Shown here: piece after piece, positions 38,605-47,774 of the stretch
How the letters are laid out: each line of letters begins with the position of its first letter
How positions within the stretch are numbered: the stretch's first letter is position 1
Source: an uncultured archaeon
GTDB lineage: Archaea; Altiarchaeota; Altiarchaeia; IMC4; QMZM01
DNA length: 64,000 nt
Direction of reading: 5' to 3'
Assembly: GCA_964549685.1 (NCBI GenBank)
Contig: CAZJVE010000001.1
Location: forward strand, 1-64,000
Position numbers and translations under genes: made by a program
Notes under the pieces: model-generated
The model's database searches: none
The model's input: the letters and a program-made list of their open reading frames with translations, nothing else
What the model was told of the DNA's origin: nothing

Positions 38605-39157
38605 AATGGCTCTTAAATCAAAGGAGGAAATCTCCAAGGAAAAGAAGAAGTTGTTCGATGGCATAACTCAAGAGATTTCGTTTGCCGATGAAAAGGGGAG
38701 GGTTGGAAGGCTTGAACGGAGGCGCGTGGTTCTCGACCTCAAATACTTTCCCTACAGGTTCATGAAGGAGAGTAATAAGCTGATGGGGAGGGCCAGCACC
38801 ACCCTGATGTATCTGGTTGGTAAGAGGTGCGGGAAGGACATCTATGACGGCTATGTGGAGCTGGGCCATGACAAGGATGCTGCGCTCAATCTTAGCACTG
38901 CGGGCATGTGGTACTTCGGCTGGGGGCTTGTTGACATAGATGTTAAGACTGCGGAGGCAATAATCTACGACTCCTTCGAAGCGGACAGCTTTACCCTCAA
39001 TAAGAAGAGGGGTAATACGCCCACATGCCATTTCTTCAGAGGAGTTATATCTGGAATCTGGGCAGCATATTCAGAAAAGGAGTGCTACGGCGATGAGACC
39101 ATGTGCAAGGCAAAGGGGGACAAATACTGCAAGATTGTGATTAGAGCAACAGGATAA
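38597..39157 (+). CDS. V4R domain protein
   Basis: FGWG, CHFFRGVISG, ETMCKAKGDKYC. Confidence 0.82.
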   Translation: MVKMALKSKEEISKEKKKLFDGITQEISFADEKGRVGRLERRRVVLDLKYFPYRFMKESNKLMGRASTTLMYLVGKRCGKDIYDGYVELGHDKDAALNLSTAGMWYFGWGLVDIDVKTAEAIIYDSFEADSFTLNKKRGNTPTCHFFRGVISGIWAAYSEKECYGDETMCKAKGDKYCKIVIRATG

Positions 39158-40260
39158 TGAAATCCCAGCTCAGCTCCATCGACGTGAGAGTTCTATCGAA
39201 GGAAGTTGAAAAGATTCTGAATTCTAGGATTGATAAGATTTATCAGATATCCAAAAGGGAGCTGAAGATTAAACTGCACCAGGCAGGACATGGCTCTCTG
39301 GATTGGATAGTGGCTCCGAATTTTCTGTGCCTGAGCAGATACAGCAGGCCTGCTCCGAAGGATGCCAGTTCCTTTGCAATGCAGCTGAGGAAGCATCTGT
39401 CCGGCGGTTTTGTGAGGGGGATAATGCAGCACGGATTTGATAGAATTCTTGAATTTATGATTGAGAATAAAGGTAAAGAATATACTCTGGTGGTTGAGTT
39501 GTTCAGCAAGGGGAATGTGATTCTTCTTGACTCTGATAAAAAGATTATCGGGCTTCTGGACTGGCAGAAATGGAAGCATAGGAAGCTGGGCGTGGGGCAG
39601 GTCTATGAGTATCCACCGGAGGGGGTTGATGCTGCCGTCATAGATGCCGGGGAATTCAACGATATTTTATTGGGTTCTGAGAAGGGAATTGCAGCAACCC
39701 TGGCAACTGGGCTGGGGCTGGGTGGCCTTTATGCAGAGGAGATGTGCCTGAATTCTAAAATTGATAAAGATAGAATATCCAATAGCCTTGATGAAAAAGA
39801 AAAGAAAACTCTATTCAAATCATTGAGGAAGCTTCTTGATAGGGAATTAAGCCCGATGGTTGTCCTCGAGGATGGAGAGATGACCGATATCGTCCCCTTC
39901 GAGCTAGAGACCTACAAGGGCTTCGAGCAGAAGGGACTGGACTCATTCAACGATGCCGTCGATGAATACTTCAGCAAGCAGGAGTTCGAGGAGAAGGAGG
40001 AAAAAGCAGAGAGCGGGTTCGAGGAGAAGCTGAACAGGCTGAAGGAGATAGAAGAGGGGCAGAGGAAGAGCCTTGAGGAGCTGGGGAAGAAGTCCGAGGA
40101 GTATAGAAGGGTCGGCGACCTCATCTACCAGAACCTGCAGGACGTTGATTCTGTAGCAGGGATGGTTAAGAAGAAGGAGCTAGGTGTTGGGGACAAGATC
40201 GGAAAAATCAGGATAGAATCGATGAACAAGGACGGGACGATTTCTGTTGAGGTAGAATAG
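39157..40260 (+). CDS. NFACT-N/HhH protein (Rqc2/RqcH homolog), C-terminally short
   Basis: SRIDKIYQ, FAMQLRKHL, FDRILE, ELFSKGNVIL, GLGGLYAEE. Confidence 0.85.
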   Translation: MKSQLSSIDVRVLSKEVEKILNSRIDKIYQISKRELKIKLHQAGHGSLDWIVAPNFLCLSRYSRPAPKDASSFAMQLRKHLSGGFVRGIMQHGFDRILEFMIENKGKEYTLVVELFSKGNVILLDSDKKIIGLLDWQKWKHRKLGVGQVYEYPPEGVDAAVIDAGEFNDILLGSEKGIAATLATGLGLGGLYAEEMCLNSKIDKDRISNSLDEKEKKTLFKSLRKLLDRELSPMVVLEDGEMTDIVPFELETYKGFEQKGLDSFNDAVDEYFSKQEFEEKEEKAESGFEEKLNRLKEIEEGQRKSLEELGKKSEEYRRVGDLIYQNLQDVDSVAGMVKKKELGVGDKIGKIRIESMNKDGTISVEVE

Positions 40261-40339
40261 CAAGAAATGCCTTCCGATATAGAATAGCTAAAACTGTCTT
40301 CTGGTAAATTCTAGGCAGTGCCACAGCTATCTCCTGGGA

Positions 40340-40384
40340 AAGAAAAAAAGAATAAATGGGAAAGGGCGGTTAACGCCCATTTCC
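40340..40384 (-). terminator. Hairpin plus U-tract after the DUF4139 gene
   Basis: Minus strand GGAAATGGGCG-TTAAC-CGCCCTTTCC followed by ATTTATTCTTTTTTTT. Confidence 0.55.
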
Positions 40385-41907
40385 TAACAGCTGTATATCT
40401 GGGTGAATTCCAGTGCAGCCTCTCCATCGGCCGGGACAGGGACCTTGAACTCCACGTTCCACGCGTCCTTCTTTTCGTAGTCGTGGGTTGTCTTGGAAAT
40501 CTCCCAGTCGCAGTAGAGCCGCTCCTTTACCGTCACAACAATGTCCTCGTCCTTGTGGTTCTTGAGCTCTACCTTTACCTCCTGCCTCCACGTGTCGTCG
40601 GATATCTGGTTGGACTCCATCACGTTCCTCTCAGCGGTTATGTCAAAGGCATCGCCGATGTAGAGCCTTATCTGCTCGTCCTTGGGCGTGTGGTCTATAT
40701 TGTCCTCGCCTATGAACTGCAGCTGTCCGGATGAGTCTGCCTTGTACACTCGAACTATGCCCTTGGGCATGGGAAGTCCGAGGCCGTTCTCCTCTGAGTT
40801 GGTCAGCTTTATCATCACATTCACTTTACTCTGCGAGCTGCTGCCGTACCACCAGTAAGAGCTGCCGCCGTCGAAGACGTACTCCTTTGTTACAGGCACT
40901 CCGGAGGAGGTGAAGAGACTTATCTGCTTCGTCTCCTTGTCCTTAAGGTCCGTCTTTCTCTGCAAGGAATAGAGGTGGTATTCGAAGAAGGACTCCTCCT
41001 CGAACTGGGGGGCTGCCTTTGAGGCGTACATTACGTCTTCCGCATACATGCCGCCTCTGACCTCAGGGGTTACCCGGTGGATGTCTCCAGCCACCAGCTT
41101 CAGGGTAGCATCAGGGAAAGTCGCGCCGCAATTGTTGTTGATGGTAACCCAGCCGTTCAGGTCAGTGTTCTTGTCGTCCTGGTCAACAACAGCAATGTAG
41201 TTTGCGTTCCAGTTGATTCCTGAGGTGAGATAGGAAACCTCGACGTCGTGGCTGCCAGAGACTTCATTCTGGAGGTGCCAGACGAGGGTGGGCTTTATTC
41301 TAAGGCCCTGCGGAAGCTTCGGGAACTGTATGTTGTCATAACCTCCAAGAGTTATGATTCCCTGTTCTCCCATGTCAAGGATTAAACCGCCTGAGCTGCT
41401 GAGCAATTTTCCTTGGTAGGTTTTGTTTCCTGTTTCGACAGTAATATCCTCGCCGAGGTATTTCTCAATGAGCTTATAGCCGCTGACCAGGTCGTATTCA
41501 TAGTTCTGCTCCTCGACTATGCACCTGTCCGGAGCAGTGATTGATTTAAAGTGGACCGATGTTGGGTCTATCTGCGAGGCAACGTCCTGGAATTCCACGA
41601 TGTTCAGGCCGGAGCTTAGGTCTATCTCCCTTCTGTCTTTAACGAGCCCGAGGTTCTGGTTATATACTGTTACTTCGACGCCTGCCCCCTCGGATGAAAT
41701 CTCCTGGGCATCAGCCTCTGCGATTATCTGTGGGAGAGCCATTCTGCCCGATGTTATTATCGAGCCGAGTTCCTTCAGGACTGCTGGCCTTGAGGATACC
41801 ACTCTCTTTTCTTCCGGCTCCTCCCTGGGAGGGTTCAGAACCGGGATTAAAATCATCACGCCAACCAAAAACACCGCCGCCATAATCAACAAATATTTTG
41901 CTTCCAT
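40384..41907 (-). CDS. DUF4139/DUF4140 domain membrane-anchored protein
   Basis: VTVYNQNLGLVKDRR, EQNYEYDL, SYLTSGINWNANY, GLPMPKGIVRVY, IDHTPKDE. Confidence 0.85.
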   Translation of the reverse strand: MEAKYLLIMAAVFLVGVMILIPVLNPPREEPEEKRVVSSRPAVLKELGSIITSGRMALPQIIAEADAQEISSEGAGVEVTVYNQNLGLVKDRREIDLSSGLNIVEFQDVASQIDPTSVHFKSITAPDRCIVEEQNYEYDLVSGYKLIEKYLGEDITVETGNKTYQGKLLSSSGGLILDMGEQGIITLGGYDNIQFPKLPQGLRIKPTLVWHLQNEVSGSHDVEVSYLTSGINWNANYIAVVDQDDKNTDLNGWVTINNNCGATFPDATLKLVAGDIHRVTPEVRGGMYAEDVMYASKAAPQFEEESFFEYHLYSLQRKTDLKDKETKQISLFTSSGVPVTKEYVFDGGSSYWWYGSSSQSKVNVMIKLTNSEENGLGLPMPKGIVRVYKADSSGQLQFIGEDNIDHTPKDEQIRLYIGDAFDITAERNVMESNQISDDTWRQEVKVELKNHKDEDIVVTVKERLYCDWEISKTTHDYEKKDAWNVEFKVPVPADGEAALEFTQIYSC

Positions 41908-41980
41908 TTTATCACCTCTTTGTTAAAGATTTTAGAAGAGTCTTTAAATTCAGTGTTGGTTTTCTTCGGCGAAGACCGAA

Positions 41981-42438
41981 TCATCTGTAGAGAACGAGGA
42001 TTGTTTTCTGGAGATTCCTTGGATTAAATTTCTTGATTTCATCAAGTATGATTTCCTTGCCTTCATCGAGAGGGAACCCTGCTATGCCGCAGCCAACGGC
42101 GGGAATTCCCATGGTTTTACATTTCAAATCATCTGCAATAATTAAGGAATTTCTAACTGAATCTCTTATGGAATCTTTCGTTGCCTTCCTGTGGGTTTCC
42201 CAGTCCATGGCAGCGGCATGGATGAGATATTTTGCTTTCAGTTTTCCGGCTGTTGTTGCGACTGCTTCTCCCACTTGGATTGGGCCCTGGCCACTGCCTC
42301 ATCCTCAATCTCCTGGCCGCCGGCCCGCTTTATCGCCCCTGCAACCCCGCCACCCATCCTGAGCGAGGTGTCTGCTGCATTGACTATTGCATCGGCCTCA
42401 AGCTTCGTTATGTCCCCATGCAGGATTTCGACGTCCAT
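41981..42438 (-). pseudogene. Macro domain (ADP-ribose binding/hydrolase) split by a 1-nt frameshift near 42285
   Basis: [23 protein letters not shown] in one frame; [30 protein letters not shown] in another. Confidence 0.85.
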
Positions 42439-42474
42439 TCTGTTATTATTCTATATAAAATAAAATTAATTACA

Positions 42475-43059
42475 ATGAGAACCGCAGCCGTTGAAAGGAA
42501 AACGAAGGAAACGGAGATTTCGTTGAAATTGAACCTGGATGGAAAGGGAAATTCAAAGATTGATACTCCTCTAAAATTTTTAAACCATATGCTGGAGAAT
42601 TTCAGCAAACACTCCGGATTTGACCTGGAGGTTTCTGCCAAAGGGGATGTTGATGTGGACGACCACCACGTCGTTGAGGATGTCGGCATCGTGCTTGGCG
42701 AGGCCTTTGATAAGGCGTTGGGGGACAAAAAGGGCATCGCAAGGATGTCCCACCGCATCATTCCCATGGATGATTCCAAGGCTGATGTGAGCGTTGATTT
42801 GTCGGGGCGGCCCTATGCAGTCGTTGACTTGCCTTTCTCGGAGTTTGAGGAGAAGAAGGTTGGCGATGTGACAAAGGAGAACGTTGTCCACTTCCTTGAG
42901 TCCTTTGCGCTGAATGGGAAATTCAACCTGAATGTAAAGGTTGAGGGACAGAACGACCACCACAAGGTGGAGAGCTGCTTCAAAGCCCTTGCGAAATCCC
43001 TGCAGGACGCAGTAAAGATAACGGGGGGGGAAATTCCCTCGACAAAGGGGACGATATAA
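42475..43059 (+). CDS. hisB: Imidazoleglycerol-phosphate dehydratase
   Basis: RKTKETEI, DDHHVVEDVG, PMDD, NDHHKVESCFKA; start at MRTAA. Confidence 0.95.
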   Translation: MRTAAVERKTKETEISLKLNLDGKGNSKIDTPLKFLNHMLENFSKHSGFDLEVSAKGDVDVDDHHVVEDVGIVLGEAFDKALGDKKGIARMSHRIIPMDDSKADVSVDLSGRPYAVVDLPFSEFEEKKVGDVTKENVVHFLESFALNGKFNLNVKVEGQNDHHKVESCFKALAKSLQDAVKITGGEIPSTKGTI

Positions 43060-43080
43060 GACAAATAGGGGACATGTAAG

Positions 43081-43584
43081 ATGCCTGTAACGCCGTATCA
43101 TCTGGGCCCGGTGCTGCTTCTCGGGATTTTGCTTTTTCCGGCACTTTATCTGCCGGGGCTGCTTCTTGGCTCTGTGATAGTTGACATCGAGCCGTTCCTC
43201 TATCTCTCGCATGGAATCGGGACCCATCCGCATGCGATAACGCATACCTATCTGGGAGGGGCTGTTGTCGGAATTATTCTTGGCCTGGTTCTCTATTCAA
43301 TCAGAAAATTAATCAGGAGAATCATGAATCCAATCAGGCTGGGGCAGGATTCCTCGCTGAGGGATATTGTTGCGAGCTCTGTCCTTGGAGTATATTCGCA
43401 TGTGTTCCTCGACTCCTTTATGTATACTGACATAGAGCCGTTCTTTCCCTTAATGGCCAAGCCCCTCTACAAGATGGTCGGCTGGGGCGAAATCTACATA
43501 TTCTGCGGAGTGACATTTATCCTGGGCTTTTTTGTCTATCTTTACAAATTAAGTAAGAAGAGGGGCTTAGGAAGCATAAAATAG
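43081..43584 (+). CDS. Membrane-bound metal-dependent hydrolase (DUF4184/YdjM-like)
   Basis: MPVTPYHLG, DIEP, HAITHT, SHVFLD. Confidence 0.75.
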   Translation: MPVTPYHLGPVLLLGILLFPALYLPGLLLGSVIVDIEPFLYLSHGIGTHPHAITHTYLGGAVVGIILGLVLYSIRKLIRRIMNPIRLGQDSSLRDIVASSVLGVYSHVFLDSFMYTDIEPFFPLMAKPLYKMVGWGEIYIFCGVTFILGFFVYLYKLSKKRGLGSIK

Positions 43585-43587
43585 AAA

Positions 43588-44817
43588 ATGGGTTACGAAG
43601 GATACATCGCAAAGGGGTATGAACCGGATGAGAACGACCTGGTCGTGGAATTCTTCATCGAGCCTGCTGAAGGTCTGTCGCTTGAGAGGGCAGCGGAGAT
43701 TACTGCCGGAGAAAGCTCGGTAGGAACATGGACGGACATAGCGACCATGAGCAGGGAGATTGCCGATGAGCTTGGCCCGAAGGTCTTTGATGTTAATAAG
43801 GGCACGGTAAAGATTGCCTACCCCTCCGCTTTGTTCGAGGAAGGGAATATCCCCCAGGTGATGAGCTCCATTGCAGGGAATATCTTCGGGATGAAGGCAG
43901 TGAAGAATTTAAGATTGGTGGATGTTAGATTCCCAGATAATATTGTAAAATCATTTAAAGGACCAGAATTTGGAATCTCAGGAATCAGGAAGCTGCTGAA
44001 GGTGAAGGAACGCCCGCTGATTGGGACCATCGTCAAGCCCAAGGTCGGCCTTGACCCTGACGGGCATGCAAAGGTGAGTTACGAGTCCTGGGTTGGTGGT
44101 CTTGATATTGTGAAGGATGATGAGAATTTATCCAGCCAAAAATTCAACCCCTTTGAAGAGAGAATCACAAAAACCCTGGAGCTGAGGGACAAGGCAGAAT
44201 CCGAAACAGGGGAGAAGAAGATTTACATGCCGAATATAACGGCAGAAACAAACGAGATGCTCAGGCGCGCGGAATTCGTGAAGGAGCACGGCTGCGAATA
44301 TATGATGGTGGATGTGCTTACCGTTGGCTTTTCGGCTCTGCAGACGGTCAGGGATGCCAACCTTGGGCTTGTAATCCATGCGCACAGGGCGATGCACGGG
44401 GCATTAACAAGGAACAGGAAGCACGGAATCTCCATGCTCGCACTTGCGAGAATCTTCAGGCTCATTGGAGTGGACCAACTGCATATTGGTACTGCTGTAG
44501 GAAAGATGCAGGGCCCTGCGAAGGAGGTAGTGGCAATAAAGGATGCCATCATCGAAGACTGGTCCGGGCTGAAGAAGACGTTTCCCGTAGCTTCGGGCGG
44601 TCTTCACCCAGGCATGATTCCAGAGCTTGTGAAAATTCTTGGAAAGGACATCATAATCCAGGCGGGGGGCGGTGTGCACGGGCATCCGGATGGGAGCTCT
44701 GCGGGAGCTACAGCAATGCGGCAGGCAGTCGATGCTGCGATGGAAGGAGTTTCGCTGGAGGATTACGCTAAAGACCATCCCGAGCTGGGGAAGGCGCTGG
44801 GTAAGTGGTCCAAATAG
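43588..44817 (+). CDS. rbcL: RuBisCO large subunit, archaeal form III
   Basis: GESSVGTW, KPKVGL, DIVKDDE, HAHRAMHG, VGKM, SGGLHPG, GGGVHGHP; 409 aa; no small subunit. Confidence 0.95.
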   Translation: MGYEGYIAKGYEPDENDLVVEFFIEPAEGLSLERAAEITAGESSVGTWTDIATMSREIADELGPKVFDVNKGTVKIAYPSALFEEGNIPQVMSSIAGNIFGMKAVKNLRLVDVRFPDNIVKSFKGPEFGISGIRKLLKVKERPLIGTIVKPKVGLDPDGHAKVSYESWVGGLDIVKDDENLSSQKFNPFEERITKTLELRDKAESETGEKKIYMPNITAETNEMLRRAEFVKEHGCEYMMVDVLTVGFSALQTVRDANLGLVIHAHRAMHGALTRNRKHGISMLALARIFRLIGVDQLHIGTAVGKMQGPAKEVVAIKDAIIEDWSGLKKTFPVASGGLHPGMIPELVKILGKDIIIQAGGGVHGHPDGSSAGATAMRQAVDAAMEGVSLEDYAKDHPELGKALGKWSK

Positions 44818-44818
44818 T

Positions 44819-44870
44819 GCTGTTTCACTTTATGCAACAGCTGTTTCACCAGAAGATATGGGCTGTTTCA
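44819..44870. promoter_or_regulatory. Three GCTGTTTCA direct repeats spaced 21-22 bp, with near-palindrome TGCAACAG/CTGTTTCA; putative operator
   Basis: Copies start at 44819, 44840 and 44862. Confidence 0.6.
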
Positions 44871-44900
44871 GCCAATGTTCTTAGAAAGAGGTGATGAAAA

Positions 44901-45362
44901 ATGGAAAGAAGCAAGATTTTAGGTGTTGGGATTGCGGCCCTGCTGATAGTTGGATTGGCATGGGGCATTAATGCAGCAACCCAGGAGAAGGGGGAGTGTC
45001 CCTTCAGTGGAAAGAAAGCCGGATTCCATGCCGGAATAAAGAAAGGGCTGAATCTTCCCAAGGATGCTACTAGGGAGGAGGTCAAAGCCGCTTGGCTGGA
45101 GGAGATGGGCCTGAGTGAAGATGCAACCAAGGAGGAGATAATGGAGGCTAAGTTCCAGAAAAAACTTGAGGGGCTTGGCCTGACCGAGGACTCCACCATA
45201 GGGGAACTAAGGGAGGCTATGCAGGAGCAGAAGCTCTCGATGATGAGGGAAAAACTCGGCCTTTCGGAAGATGCGAGTGAGGAGGAGATAAAGGATGCCC
45301 TCGGCGAGAAGGCGTTTAACGGACACAAAGGAATTGGGAAAAAGAAGGGATGGGGCATGTAG
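44901..45362 (+). CDS. Exported protein with four (G/N)Lx(E/K)Dxxxx(E) helical repeats
   Basis: Signal/TM; NLPKDATREEV, GLSEDATKEEI, GLTEDSTIGEL, GLSEDASEEEI. Confidence 0.75.
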   Translation: MERSKILGVGIAALLIVGLAWGINAATQEKGECPFSGKKAGFHAGIKKGLNLPKDATREEVKAAWLEEMGLSEDATKEEIMEAKFQKKLEGLGLTEDSTIGELREAMQEQKLSMMREKLGLSEDASEEEIKDALGEKAFNGHKGIGKKKGWGM

Positions 45363-45376
45363 GCCCCCATTTTTTA
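45352..45376 (+). terminator. Short GC hairpin plus U-tract
   Basis: GGGGC-ATGTAG-GCCCC followed by CATTTTTT. Confidence 0.45.
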
Positions 45377-45414
45377 TTCTTAACTGATTATACTAACATA
45401 TCGAGGTGATTTAG

Positions 45415-45645
45415 ATGGATTACTTCATGGGTTTCAGGGGCATGGGCAGGCGTATGTTTTTTGGAATAATTCCGATTCCGGTCATCTGGAATCTGCTCAT
45501 CATTCTAGTAATAGCATTAATATTCTACTGGCTCGTGAAAGGCTCGGCAGCACAGGACGCTCTTGACATAGCAAAGAAGAGATACGCCAGCGGGGAGATA
45601 GACAGGAAGACCTTTCTTGAGATAAAAAAGGATATAGGGAAATAA
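45415..45645 (+). CDS. SHOCT domain small membrane protein
   Basis: TM then ALDIAKKRYASGEIDRKTF. Confidence 0.85.
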   Translation: MDYFMGFRGMGRRMFFGIIPIPVIWNLLIILVIALIFYWLVKGSAAQDALDIAKKRYASGEIDRKTFLEIKKDIGK

Positions 45646-45646
45646 C

Positions 45647-46057
45647 ATGGAAGTCTCTGAAACCAGACTCGGGATTGCAATAGTAGCTGTGTTCGGTTTG
45701 GGGATTCTGTTCTCCATCCTGAACGGTTACTATATTGAAGACACTGGCGAACCAATCCCCCTGATGGTCTACGGTATGTCCTTCGCCTCCATGGGGGTCG
45801 GGGCCCTGATTATTTTGTTATTTCAATGGAAAATCAGTCAGAATCAATTACATAAAATTCTCAAGGTTCTGCCCGAGGACGAAAAGATAATCCTCGAGCT
45901 GCTTGTAAAGGAGAAGAAGATGGAGCAGACCTATCTGGTTGCTGAAAGCGGGCTGTCGAAGGTGAAGGTCTCGAGAGTCCTGACAAAGCTGGAGCAGCGC
46001 GGCATCGTTGAAAAGAAACAACTGGGGAATACGAACCTGGTGAAGCTGAGGGTGTAG
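45647..46057 (+). CDS. Two-TM protein with C-terminal winged HTH (membrane-tethered regulator)
   Basis: LPEDEKII...QTYLVAESGLSKVKVSRVLTKLEQRGIV..GNTN. Confidence 0.82.
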   Translation: MEVSETRLGIAIVAVFGLGILFSILNGYYIEDTGEPIPLMVYGMSFASMGVGALIILLFQWKISQNQLHKILKVLPEDEKIILELLVKEKKMEQTYLVAESGLSKVKVSRVLTKLEQRGIVEKKQLGNTNLVKLRV

Positions 46058-46074
46058 TGCCTAACTTTTCTTTC

Positions 46075-46245
46075 TCACTTTTTATCCTCAAACAAAAAGT
46101 TGAGAAGTTTTGTTTTGTTGATTAGGAACCAAACTAGCAACAGGAAGATTAGGGCTATGAGAACTATGGTGATAAATATGAATATTCTATATTCCAAGCT
46201 CAATGGAGGGCGAGTATAGAGAAGGTCTTCAAATACCATTTTCAT
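46075..46245 (-). CDS. Small single-TM protein (56 aa, below the ORF track cutoff)
   Basis: MKMVFEDLLYTRPPLSLEYRIFIFITIVLIALIFLLLVWFLINK...; ATG overlaps the priL stop (TAATG). Confidence 0.55.
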   Translation of the reverse strand: MKMVFEDLLYTRPPLSLEYRIFIFITIVLIALIFLLLVWFLINKTKLLNFLFEDKK

Positions 46246-47222
46246 TAACGCTTCCTCTTCCCCCTAACCCTATCCCTGTAATACTGCAGCGGGTGCTTCA
46301 CCCCGCACTCTCTCTTGCACAGCCCGTAGCTCTTTATCTTGGCGCAGGTCGGGCAGGAGTACTTTGTCGTTGACTTTTCTCCTGCAAGGAATTCAAGCTG
46401 ATACCTTGTTTTTTCCTCGTCGAATCTGGGGAAGCGGGAGAAGATTTTCACTACCTCGTCGACCGGGAGGCCCAGTCCCACAAAGAATGTTCCCAGGATG
46501 AACATGGTGTTGTGGGAGGCGTTCCCTGCCTCCAGGCCGGAAACCATGGCTGAGACGCAGGGCGGGATGGCATCCTCTTTGACCCTGTCGACCTTGAAAT
46601 CGGTGTGGGGCTGCTGAGTAGAGTTTAACCATTTGGCTGTCTCCCTGAACCAGGGCGGGATTCCTGTGAGCTTTGGGGGCTCCATGATTTTGAGCTTGAT
46701 AGCCTCGCGGAGTAGAATGAGTGGCTCGGAATTCCTCAACTCGACCATGCCGGAATCCATGCCCCTGTTCACTAACTTCCAGCCGGGGGAATTCCTTGCA
46801 ATGTCCTTTGTCAATTCGAGAAACCGCTGGAAGGGGATTTTGCTGTCCTTTATTTCGAGGTCCATCTCCTTCATTATCCTGCCCAGGACTGCGGGGTCCT
46901 CGGAGCCGAGGAACTGGTGGGCGAGTTCTGCCTCTCCTGCGGCGTATCTTCGTATGATGGTCCGATTCTCTGTAAGGGCTGAGAGAATCCTTGCAACGGC
47001 GAAGCTGAGGATAGATAATTCCCGGGCGATTTTGTTGCTGAGGTTTACGTTAATCCTTCCCTGGATTCCGTCGACCACCCTCTGCTTCCCGAGCTCGTAG
47101 CTGCCGCCGTAGATGGGGTGCTTGTGAATCTCATCGAGAGTCATGTTGAGGGAGGAAACGTGGTCCTTCGCCTGCGGAAGGAATGGATATTTCCCCAGCG
47201 CCTCAATGCTGAATTCTGCCAT
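46245..47222 (-). CDS. priL: DNA primase large subunit
   Basis: KYPFL, PPCV, FDEEKTRYQ, YSCPTCAKIKSYGLC, HPLQYY. Confidence 0.9.
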   Translation of the reverse strand: MAEFSIEALGKYPFLPQAKDHVSSLNMTLDEIHKHPIYGGSYELGKQRVVDGIQGRINVNLSNKIARELSILSFAVARILSALTENRTIIRRYAAGEAELAHQFLGSEDPAVLGRIMKEMDLEIKDSKIPFQRFLELTKDIARNSPGWKLVNRGMDSGMVELRNSEPLILLREAIKLKIMEPPKLTGIPPWFRETAKWLNSTQQPHTDFKVDRVKEDAIPPCVSAMVSGLEAGNASHNTMFILGTFFVGLGLPVDEVVKIFSRFPRFDEEKTRYQLEFLAGEKSTTKYSCPTCAKIKSYGLCKRECGVKHPLQYYRDRVRGKRKR

Positions 47223-47325
47223 GTCCCTATAATTTAGGTTACATCCCGTAAAAAATCAATAAACAGGCAAACCCAGCAAAAATCACAATTTTTAATAGAT
47301 AAATCCAAATCTATATTCCTCCAAA

Positions 47326-47772
47326 ATGACAGGGAAGAAGAAGGGTATGGAAGACAATGTCCTGAGGAAGGAGCTGGAAGACTGCAGGGATGAGAATCTC
47401 CGGCTTAGGGCGGAATTCGAGAACTATCAAAAGCAGCTGGACAGGGACAAGGAGCAGTTTGCCGGGTTAGCCAATGAGGGTCTTATCAAGGAGTTGCTTT
47501 GTGTGGTGGATGATTTGGAGAGGGCGGCTGAAAATGGCGACGAAGGAATTGGCTTGATTCATAAAAATTTTCTAAAGGTTCTCGAGGGTAATGGGCTGAT
47601 GAGGATTGATTGTGTCGGAAAAAAATTCGACCCCCACTATCACGAGGCGCTGTGTCAGGAGGATTCAGAGCAGGAGGAGGGCACGGTCCTGGAGGAACTG
47701 CAGCCCGGTTACATGCTCAAGGACAAGGTCATAAGGCATTCAAAGGTCAGGATTGCAAAAAAAGGTGAATAA
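47326..47772 (+). CDS. grpE: Nucleotide exchange factor GrpE
   Basis: [26 protein letters not shown]. Confidence 0.93.
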   Translation: MTGKKKGMEDNVLRKELEDCRDENLRLRAEFENYQKQLDRDKEQFAGLANEGLIKELLCVVDDLERAAENGDEGIGLIHKNFLKVLEGNGLMRIDCVGKKFDPHYHEALCQEDSEQEEGTVLEELQPGYMLKDKVIRHSKVRIAKKGE

Positions 47773-47774
47773 AA

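Noticed and set aside
43588-44817. Calvin cycle or RuBisCO-like protein (form IV)
   Set aside because: Catalytic motifs are intact and form III-like; no rbcS or prk nearby
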